A program made the position numbers and the translations under genes. From Vicinamibacteraceae bacterium (lineage in GTDB: Bacteria > Acidobacteriota > Vicinamibacteria > Vicinamibacterales > Vicinamibacteraceae), in assembly GCA_031407765.1 (NCBI GenBank), contig JANOIR010000077.1:219-64218 (forward strand): a stretch of DNA of 64,000 nt, given 5' to 3'. Below are positions 7,753 to 18,100 of this stretch, piece by piece; position 1 is the first letter of the stretch, and the number at the start of each line of letters is the position of its first letter. Under the pieces are notes generated by a model, which was not told where the DNA came from, ran no database searches, and saw only the letters and a program-made list of their open reading frames with translations.

Positions 7753-9104
7753 TGAGGACAACGGTCTTCAGGCTGCTCATACTCGCTGGCCTGACCGGTC
7801 CCGTATTTGCTCCCGGGTTTGTTTCCTCTGCTTGGGCGGAGGACCTGGTCCAGATCTACAGCCTGTCCAAGCTGAACGACCCGAAGTACAAGGGTGCGCG
7901 CTACGATTTCGAGGCCGCTTCCTACGCCGAGCCCCAGGCGCGCGCCGCGCTGCTGCCCACCATTTCGCTCGAAGCGCTCGAGATGCGGACGTACCAGCGC
8001 ATCATCAACAGCGCGAACACCGTGTTCGCGACCGGCTCGACGGACTATCCCACCTACAGCCAGACGCTGAACCTCACGCAGCCGATCTACAAGCTGTCCG
8101 CCTGGTTCGGCTACGAGCAGGCGAAGGTGAAGGTCAAGCAGGCCGCGGCCACCTTCAGCGCCGCGGAGCAGGACCTGATCGTGCGCGCGGCGACCGCCTA
8201 TTTCAGCGTGCTCGCGGCGCGCGACGTGCTCGAGTTCGCGGAGGCGGAGAAGAAGGCGATCCAGCGCCAGCTCGATCTCGTCCAGCAGCGCTTCAGCAGC
8301 GGCCTGGTCGCCGTCGCCGACCTGCACGACACCCGGGCGCGCAACGCGATCAAGGAAGCCGACGTGGTGGCCGCGCAGAACGAACGCGACGACAGGGTGC
8401 AGGCGCTGCGCGAGCTGACGGGCCGGACGATCCCGAACCTGAAGCCGCTGCGCCAGGCCATTCCACTCGAGAATCCCGAGCCGCTCGACATGAACGCCTG
8501 GGTCAGCGTCGCGGAGAAGCAGAACCTGCTGCTCGAAGCGCGCCGCCAGGCCGTGGAGGTCGCGCAGCAGGAGATCCGCCGCCAGCGCGCGGGCCATGCG
8601 CCGGTGCTCGATTTCGTCGCAACGCAGAACAAGAAGGACACCGGCGGCAGCCTGTTCGGCGGCGGCAGCAACGTCGAGACGCTCGATCTCATGTTCCGCC
8701 TGAACATTCCCATCTTCTCCGGCGGCCTCACATCCGCGCTGACCGGCGAGGCGGTGAAGCGCTACTACAGCTCGCTGGAGGACATGGAGCGCGACTGGCG
8801 CCAGGTGGAACGCCAGACCCGGGCCGCGTTCCAGGGCGTCACCGGCGGCGTGGTGCGCGCGCGCGCGCTCGCGCAAGGCATCCTGTCCGCCGAAAGCGCG
8901 CGCGAGCTCAAGGTCGAGGGCTACCGTTCGGGCCTGCAGACGATCCTGCAGGTGCTCGACGCGGAGCGCGACCTTTACGCGGCGAAACGCGACTCGGCGC
9001 GTGCGCGCTACGACCTCCTGATCAACCGGCTGCGCCTGAAGCAGGCCGCCGGCACGCTGGGCGAGGATGAATTGGTGGCGATCAACCGATTGCTCGAGCC
9101 CTAA
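7752..9104 (+). CDS. tolC: TolC-family outer-membrane channel (type I secretion / efflux outer-membrane factor)
   Basis: Track ORF 7551..9104. A GTG at 7752 gives a signal-peptide-like N-terminus (VRTTVFRLLILAGLTGPVFAPGFVSSAWA/EDL) followed by the TolC-family motif LVQIYSLSKLNDPKYKGARYDFEAA, two coiled-coil/beta-barrel repeats, and LGEDELVAINRLL at the end. The GTG overlaps the sapC stop codon (TAG 7750-7752). Confidence 0.85.
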   Translation: MRTTVFRLLILAGLTGPVFAPGFVSSAWAEDLVQIYSLSKLNDPKYKGARYDFEAASYAEPQARAALLPTISLEALEMRTYQRIINSANTVFATGSTDYPTYSQTLNLTQPIYKLSAWFGYEQAKVKVKQAAATFSAAEQDLIVRAATAYFSVLAARDVLEFAEAEKKAIQRQLDLVQQRFSSGLVAVADLHDTRARNAIKEADVVAAQNERDDRVQALRELTGRTIPNLKPLRQAIPLENPEPLDMNAWVSVAEKQNLLLEARRQAVEVAQQEIRRQRAGHAPVLDFVATQNKKDTGGSLFGGGSNVETLDLMFRLNIPIFSGGLTSALTGEAVKRYYSSLEDMERDWRQVERQTRAAFQGVTGGVVRARALAQGILSAESARELKVEGYRSGLQTILQVLDAERDLYAAKRDSARARYDLLINRLRLKQAAGTLGEDELVAINRLLEP

Positions 9105-9121
9105 CGGAAAAACTGGCGAAC

Positions 9122-12100
9122 TTGACCCGCATACCGGCAATGGAAGCGATGAAGAACCTGGCGGCACGGCTCGCCCGGGGATTCCGAGCCTCCAGGCTGC
9201 AGCCGCCGATGCGCCGCAAGGCGATGTTCGAGGCGCTCGAGCAGCGCTTCATGCTGTCCGCGGAACTGGTGGTTCCCCCGCCGCCGCCGCCCGCGGCGCA
9301 GGCTCCCGCGCTGGAGGCGCCACTCAATCCGACCGTGCCGTCGACGATCACGGCGGCCTCGACGCCGATCCAGTTCACGCTGCAGGCGCAGGCGGAGCTG
9401 CCGGAAGCGGCCGAAGCCCAGCCGGATCCGGGCGGGGTACAGGCGACCACGCCCGAGATCGAGGCGGTCGACACCTCGCTGCCGAAGGCGAACAACGCTG
9501 CTCTCGACGAGCTGAGCGAAGCGGCGGCAGGTACCACCGCCGCGCCGGCCGCGGTGGCCCAGGAGGCGCCTGCGCCGATGAATCTCGCGGCGTACGCGGC
9601 CTCGGTCCAGAATCGCCCGGCGCCGATGCAGGTCATCATCATCGACCCGTCGGTGCCGAACTACGAGGCGCTGGTCAAGAGCCTGCTGAACTACGGTGCT
9701 GCGCAGGCCCCGGCAACTCCCGTGCAGGAGAGTGTCGCCTCCAGCAGCAAGCCTGAGGAAACGTCCATCTCGCTCCCTGCCGTATCAACCGTCCAGGATG
9801 CGCAGGCGCAACAACCGTCGCGCGGCGACGAACAGGTGGTGCAGGTCCAGCGCATCGGCGACATCGAAGTGGTGGTGCTCGATGCGCGCTTCGACGGCGT
9901 CGACCAGATCACGGACATCCTTTCCGCGCACCATGGCCTTGGCGCGGTGCAGGTGCTTTCGCACGGCGGCAGCGGCGCCCTGCGGCTGGGCACGAGCCAG
10001 CTGAATGAAGCCAAGCTGGAGCAACAGAAGGCGCGTATCGCGGGCTGGGGCGCGGCGCTGCGTCCGGACGGCGACATCCTCCTGTATGGCTGCGACGTCG
10101 CCGCGGGCGCGGGCGGCCTGGAATTCGTCGGCAGCCTCGCCGCGCTCACGGGCGCCGACGTCGCGGCTTCGACCAACCAAACCGGCGCTGCCGGCCTGGG
10201 CGGCGATTGGGCGCTCGAGTACCACACCGGCATCATTGAATCGCAGCCCCTGTTTACGGAGAGCGTGCTTTCGAGCTACGCCTACCTCCTCGCCAACCTG
10301 ACGGGTACTGCGGGCGCCGACACCCTGACCAGCACCGGCGCTGCCGACGTGTTGACCGGCCTGGCGGGCGACGACATCTACAAGTTCAACAACGCCTGGG
10401 GCAGCGACACGGTCACCGAGCTCGCCGCCGGCGGCATGGACACGCTGGACTTCTCGTCGGTCACGGCGAACCTGACCTTCACGGTGAATGCCGATGGCAG
10501 CGTCGATGTCGCGAACGGTACTGGAAGCGCGCTTCACGCGACCGGCGTCGAAAAGCTGATCGGCGGCCTCGGGGTCAACACCTTCCGTTTCCTGGACCAG
10601 GCCGTCTTCAACGGCAGCATCGTCGGCAAGAGCGGCGGCCAGGACGTGTTCGACTTCGGCACCTTTGCCAGCGCACTCAACTGGGCCGTCACCGACGTCC
10701 AGGCGGGCAGCGTCAACGGCGGGTCGGTCACGGCTGCCTTCACCAATATCAGCAGGTTCACCGGCGGCACCGCGACGGATACCCTCACCGGCCCTGACGG
10801 GAGCGACACCTGGGACATCTGGAACGTCACCGGCGTGGGCGCCGGTAACGCAGGCGGCACCACGTTCACCGGCATGGAGCAGCTCGAGGGGCGCGGCACG
10901 AACATCCTGAACTACTCCGCCTACGGCAGCGCGGTATCGGTCGACCTGGATGGGTCCACCGCCACCGGCTTCAGCCAGATCACCGGCTTCCGCGGCGCGT
11001 ATGGCTCGCAGCACGACGACGTCCTTGTCGGGAACAGCGAAGACAACGTGTTTTCGGGCGGCGGCGGCAGCAACACGATCAACGGCGGCGGCGGCAGCGA
11101 CACCGTGTCCGAAGCGGCGGACGTCAACTTCGTCCTGACCGACGGCTCGCTGACGATCGGCGGGATCGGCACCGATTCGCTGAGCAACATCGAGCAGGCT
11201 TACTTGGTCGGCGGCGCCGGTTCGAACACGTTCGACATCACGGCCTTCACCAAGGGCGCAGTCACGTTGAACGGAGGCGCCGGCAACGACACCTACAAGC
11301 TCGGCAACACCTGGAACACCCACAGGATCACGGAAGCCGCGGCCAGCGGACAGGACACGCTCGATTTCTCCGCGGTCTCGTCGCTTGCGCTGACCTTCAC
11401 CGTCAACGCCGACGGCACGGTCGACGTCACCAACGAGGCGCTGCCCGACGCCGTCATCTACACGACCAACGTCGACAACCTCATCGGCGGCCAGGGCGCG
11501 ACCGCCAGCAACAGCTTCGTGTTCTTCGAGGATGCCGTCCTCGCGGGAACGGTCAGCGGCAAGGTCGGCGGGCAGGACACGCTCGACTACAGCGACTACG
11601 GCACCGCGGTCACGGTCAACCTCGCCACGGGCGCCGCGACGGCCACCCAGGGCGCAAGCAATTTCACCAACGTGATGGGCGGCTCGGCCGCCAGCACGCT
11701 GGTCGGCTGGAATGCCGCGAATACCTGGACCATCACGGAACACACCAGCGGCACGGTGGCGAGCGCGAGCGGCACTGTCACGTTCAGTGGCCTGAGCAGC
11801 ATCGCCGGCGGCAGCGCGGCCGACGTGTTGACCGGGCCGATCGACGGCGATGTCTGGAATATCAACTCCACGGGCGCCGGCAACGTGGATGGCCTGAATT
11901 TCAGCGGCATGGAGACGCTGGCCGCGCGCGGCACGATCAACGTGCTGGATTACGCCGCATACCCGACCGCGGGCAGCGGCATCGGCGTTACCGTCGACCT
12001 CGCGTCCGGCTCGGCGACCGGCTTCGTCGCCATCAGCGGTTTCCGCGACGTCTGGGGTTCCGCATACAACGACACGCTGCGCGGCGACGGCGCCAACAAC

Positions 12101-15100
12101 ACTCTGGCTGGTCGCGCGGGAAGCAACATCCTCGACGGCCGGGGCGGAACCAATACCGTCACGGAAGAAGGCGACTTCAATTTCACCCTGACCGATGGCT
12201 CGCTCACCATCACGGCCCTTTCGGGCGGCGCGGTGGTGGGCGCCGATACGCTGAGCAACATCACGCGCGCCGTCATCTCGGGCGAGGACGGCAACAACAC
12301 CCTCGATGCGAGCGCCTTCACGCTGGGCTCGGTCAAGCTGGACGGCGAAGGCGGCAACGACATCCTGAAGGGCGGCAGCGGCGACGACGTCCTGATCGGC
12401 AACTGGGGCGTCGACAACATCGACGGCGGCCTCGGCGTCAACACGCTCGAGGAACGGTCGGACTCGCGCTTCGTGCTCACCGATGCCAGCCTGGACTCGG
12501 GCGACGGCACGAGCGAGGTGCAGTCGATCACCATGGCGGCGGGCGTGACGAGCGGGCAGTTCTCGCTCAGCTTCAACGGCGAGACGACCAGCCCGATCAG
12601 CTACAACGCCTCCGCGCTGGCCGTGAAGACCGCGCTCACTTCCCTGAACGGCATCGGCGACAAGGACATCGACGTCACCAAGACGGGGAACGTCTGGACG
12701 GCGACGTTCAAGGGCAACCTGGCCGGGAAGGACGTCGCCAACCTCGACGCTACCAGCATCGACCTCTTCGGCGGCGGCGTAACGGCGAGCGTCGCCACCT
12801 CCGGCGCAGTGGTGGCCAGCTTCGCCGACACGCTGGCGCGCATCCAGCGCGCGACGCTCTACGGCGGCGCCGGCGACAACCTGATCGACACGTCCGCCTT
12901 CACCGGCTCGGCGACGCTCGACGGCGGCAGCGGCGACGACGTGCTGATCGGCGGCGCCGGCGCCGACTTCCTCTACGGCCGGGAAGGCGAGGACACGCTC
13001 ACCGGCGGCGGCGGCGCGGACACCATCAACGGCGGCTGGGGCATCGATACGCTCGCCGAAACGCGCGACGCGGACTTCACGCTGACCGATACCAGCCTCC
13101 TGATCGGCGGCGAGACCGACGTCCTGGCCCAGATCGAGCTCGCCAGGCTGACGGGCGGCGGCGGCGGCAACCAGCTGGACGCCAGCGGGTTTACGGGCCT
13201 TAGCGCCGATACACCTCTCCTCTTCTTCCACGGCGGCAATGGCATCGGGACCGCGACGGGCGAGAACACGGCGGACATCCGCATCACGCTCAGGGACGGC
13301 ACGACGAACGTCGACGTCGACCTGGGATTCGCGCGCACGCTGCAGGAGATCTTCACGGCCATCCATACGGCCAACGAGAACCTCAGCGCGGCGCTCGTCG
13401 GTGACCACATCGTCATCACGGACGCCTCGGCCGGTTCGTCCAGCGTCCGGGTCGCGGCGCTGAACAGCTCGACCGCGGCAGCCGACCTGGGAATCCTGGG
13501 TACCGGCGCCGGCGCGACCCTGACGGGGACGAGCATCACCGGCGTTGGCAGCGTCGTCCTGGACGGCGGCGCCGGCAACGACGTCCTGATCGGATCCGCG
13601 GGCTACGACACGCTCACGGGCGGCGCCGGTGCGGACACCATCACCGGCGGGCTCGGCGTCGACACGCTGGTGGAGACGCGCGATGCGAATTTCACCCTCA
13701 CCGATACCACCCTGATCATCGGCAGCGAAGGCACCGACACGCTGGCCGGCCTCGAGCACGCCACGCTCACGGGCGGCGCCGGCGCCAACATCCTGGACGC
13801 CTCGGCGTGGACCCTGGGTTCGCTGGAGCTCGGCACGGGCGGCGGCGCGGATACCCTGCGCGGCGGTGCGGTGAACGCGGCGGTTGCCGGCAGCGGCGAC
13901 GACACGTTCCGCATCGACGTGGGGAACCTGAGCGCCTCGAACCCGGCCCACAAGGTCACGATTAACACCTACGGCACGAGCGGCGACCGCATCGTGGTCG
14001 TCAACGGCGGCAACACGCTCACCAACCAGGCCTTCAACTGGGTCACGTTCGAAGGACTCAGCGACGCGGTCTACGAAATCACGCAGAAGGGCCTGCTGAA
14101 CGTACAGAACGTCACGCGCGTCGGCGGCAACGTCACCATCAAGGCCGACACCATCAGCATGACGGGGACCACGATCGATCTCCGCGGCGCGACCAAGGGC
14201 GGCGACCTGCGCATGGAGGCGCTGCAGATCAATATCGGCGCGGGCGCGCAGATCCTCACCAAGTCCACCGCGGGCGGGATCGACGGCAAGGTCGATCTCG
14301 TCGCCCTCGACGGCCTCAAGGAGCTGGGCGGCGGCGTCCTGGGGTTCTACAACGTCGAGAACGCCGACGCCCAGATCAACCTGACCGGCAATGCGCGCAT
14401 CGAAGGCGGCAACGTGAGCCTGTACGCGATCAGCGACAGCCGCCACTTCGTCACCGACGCCGAGTACTCCTCGAGCCTGGGCGCCAAGATCAAGGACACT
14501 TTCCTTTCGGCGATGGACAGCATGTCGCTATGGGGTGGCTCCGCCTTCACCGACAGCCGCGCGACCATCAGCGTCGGCACCCAGGCGAACATCACGGCGA
14601 CCAACTTCGTCGCGCATGCCAACGCGGTGGGTGTGGTGATGTCGAAGCCGACCAGCCTGCTGCTGCCGATTGCCATCGCCTACGCCGAGCTGACGACAGT
14701 CTCGAAGGTTACCTTCGAGGGCACGCTGACCACGTCCGGGGACGCGTCGCTGCGCGCCACCGCCGACAACAACATCAGCGTGATCGCCAAGGTGTTCAAC
14801 GAGACGCCGCAGCTGCAGCCCGACGGCACCTACAGCGCGCTGGGCAAGGCGAAGAACGCGATCAACAAGATCATCCCGATCCACGGCAAGGCGGTCTCGT
14901 TCGGAATGAGCGTGCTCGAGTCCGAGGCCAACGCCAACGTCACCGACACGGCGACCCTGACGATCGGCAACAACCTGGTGGTGCAGGGCGACACCGTCGA
15001 CCGCAACCGCACCTACGGCCGCTCGTTCACCGACGAGGACGGCAACTTCGGCATCGCCACCGCGGTTGCCATCGAGAACGGCAACACCTACGCGCTGCTC

Positions 15101-18100
15101 GACGGCAAGGCGACCGTGGGCGGCACGGTCACCGTCAATGCCCTGCAGCGCAAGGAGGCGTTCGGCGGCGAGCTGCCGACGACGCAGAACGCGGCGATCG
15201 ACACGGCGCTGGCGAAGAAGCAGTCGATCACCGCCTCGAAGATGTTCCTGCTGCCGACGCTGGACGGCGGCGTCAAGGCGACGACCAACATCGGCTCGAA
15301 CACCAGCGGCGACATCCTCGACGACATGGAGTCGCGCGCGACCACCGAGGTGGCGCTGGGCGCCATCAAGGCGCTGAAGGCGATCGGCAGCGGCCTCGGG
15401 GCGATCTACCACGCGATCGTCGACTCGTCCGCGGAGAAGGCTGACGCGAAGGCGAAGGCGGAGAAGGACAAGGCCGCGGTGAAGCCGGACAAGCCGGCGG
15501 AAACCCGCAAGCCCAACTCGCTGCAGTTCGGCGGCGCGGTCGCCTGGTCGGAGGACACGAACACCGTCACGGCGCGGATCGGCGACGGCAACTCCGCCGA
15601 CCATAACGCCCTCGGCGCCGACGTCGATGCGATCGGCTCGATCACGGTCCGGGCGACGGTCTCGAACCGTCCCGACGTCAGCGCCACGGCGCTGACCCTC
15701 GACAAGGGCAAGGCGAAGAAATTCCCGACCGACCCGGCCGCGAAGGCCGGCGCGGTGGCCTTCAACTACGGGCTGTACGAGAACAATGCCAACGCCTACA
15801 TCAACGGCGACGCGCAGGTGGACGGCAAGGGCACGATCACCGTCAAGGCCGACACGCTCAACCAGATCGATCCGAACAGCCTGTGGGGCGCGAACCTGGT
15901 CAGCCCGTGGAACAAGCAGGCCGACTTCTCCTCCACCGACGGCGTGCAGGCGGTCACGACCAATCAGATCGTCGACAAGGGCGGCGACTGGTACCAGTTT
16001 GTCGGCAGCAACCCGGGCGCCGCCCGCAACCTCGCCACCGAGGACTACACCGACTCGACCAACTGGCAGAGCCTCGGCACGGCGGGGCAGCATCGCACCA
16101 GCACGTTCGTCTCCAACCTGACGACGTACCTGAACAACAACTTCGGCCTGGACAACAACCTCGCCGACACGTGGACGCAGAGCAACGTCACCGGCGCGAA
16201 GTCCGCCATCGCCGGCGCGATCACGGTCCTGCGGCTCGAGCACAGCGCCGACGCGCGCATCAAGAACGGCGCGCGCGTCAACCAGAGCGCGCCCACCACG
16301 AGCACGCGCGACGTCGTGGTCGAGGCGACGAGCGTCAACCAGACCATCAACATCGCCGGCAACTTCAAGTTCCCGTTCGGCACGGTCACGCCAAATCAAA
16401 ACGGCAAGGGCTGGTTCCAGTCCGAGGGCGGCGGCTTCCAGCGCACCCCCGGGGGCAAGGGCGCGGCGGGCGGCGCGTTCATGTTCTTCTTCTACGAGAA
16501 CGACGTCACCGCCAAGATCGAGGACGGCGTCCTGCTGAACGCCGACAGCCTCAAGGTCAACGCCGATGGCTTCAACCTCGGCGTCGCGCTCGGCGCCTCG
16601 GGCGGGCAGTCCGACGGCACCGCCTTCAACGGCGCGTTCATCTACAGCCAGGTCGTGGATACCACGCTGGCCCAAATCGACAACGGCGCGACCATCACGG
16701 TCGGCAACCGCGCGGTGTCGGATCCGGCTGCGTCGAACGCCTCGGTGCTGGTCAAGGCCAACAACAAGACGTTCCTCGTGACGGTCGCGGGCGCGGTCGC
16801 CGTCTCGGATGAAACCGCGGTAGGCGCCTCAGGCGCGATCAACCGGATCGTGCGCGACACCGAGGCATTCATCGGCAACCGCCTGGGCGACAATTCGGTC
16901 ACTACCCGGCACACGCTCGAATCCGCCGGCGATGTGCGCGTGATGTCCAAGAACGAAGGCGTCGTGGCGGCCGTCGCCGTCGCCGGCGCCAAGTCCTCGA
17001 GCAAGCCGCCCGGCGCCGACGCCGCGGACAAGGGCACGCAAGGCACGCCCAAGCCCGACGGCACCTCGACCAATGACGCCGGCAAGCAGCCGACCAAGGA
17101 CGGCAAGTATCCGGACGGGCTGCTGTCGGAACTGACGTCCAACCCGCTCTTCCAGAGACTGGGGCTGGCCTCGGGCTCGACGCAGACCACGCCGCCACAG
17201 GCCACCCCGCCGGCCCAGCCGCCGGCGCAACCGCCGGCCCCGCCGCCGGCCACGCCGCCGCCGGCCGCGAACCCGAACACGCCCAAGTCGGGTCTCGGCT
17301 TCTCTGGCGCCGTGACCATCAATATCGCGGACGACAACTCGCGCGCCTATGTGCGCAACAGCGGCGACGTCAAGGTCACCAACGGCAGCCTGATCCTCAG
17401 GGCCGAGAACGCCGCGCACGTCGTTTCGATCGCCGGCGGCGTCGCCTACGCTACCAATGACGGCTCTAAGCCGGCGCGGGCGATTGGCGGCGCGGTCGGG
17501 GTCAACGTGGTCACGGGAACCACCGAGGCCTTCCTCGACGGCGCCACCCTGGTCAATACCAAGGGGCTGGACTTCGACGCGCTGCGCTCGGGCTCGATCG
17601 TCGCCGTCACGGCCGGCATCACCGGCGCGACCGGCAAGACCGGCCAGGCCGGCGCGGGCTCGATCGCGTTCACCCGCACCAGCTACACGACGCACACCGG
17701 CCTGTCGAACACCACGACCGGCGCAGGCAAGATCGACGGCGCCGTATCGCTGAACGCGCAGGACGACACCAACATCGTGGTCGTGGCGGGCGCGGGCGCC
17801 TTCGGCGGCAAGACCGGCGTCGGCATCAGCGCCGCCTACAGCCAGATCGAGAACGACATCTCCTCCACCGTCGACACGGTGGCCAACTTCAGGCACACGG
17901 GCAGCTTCGACGTCCTGGCCAGTACCGATGCCGACATCGTCGCCGTCACCGCCTCGGCCGGCGTGGCGACCGGCGGCGGCGGGGCCGAGGGCATGGGCGT
18001 CGGCGGCACGCTGACGATCAATTTCATCGACAACACGGTCAGCGCGAAGGTGCTCAACAGCAGCACCACCGCGGATTCGAGCGGCGACATCACGGTCTTC

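Noticed and set aside
1656-9167. Long ORFs opposite or overlapping the tailoring genes, sapC and tolC (minus-strand 1656..3131, 3508..4848, 4815..5834, 5584..6621, 6874..7761, 7350..9167; plus-strand 2384..3526 and 7577..9070)
   Set aside because: Each is antisense or out of frame to a gene with clear family motifs (halogenase, O-MT, radical SAM, SapC, TolC) and translates to low-complexity Arg/Ala/Gly-rich sequence.
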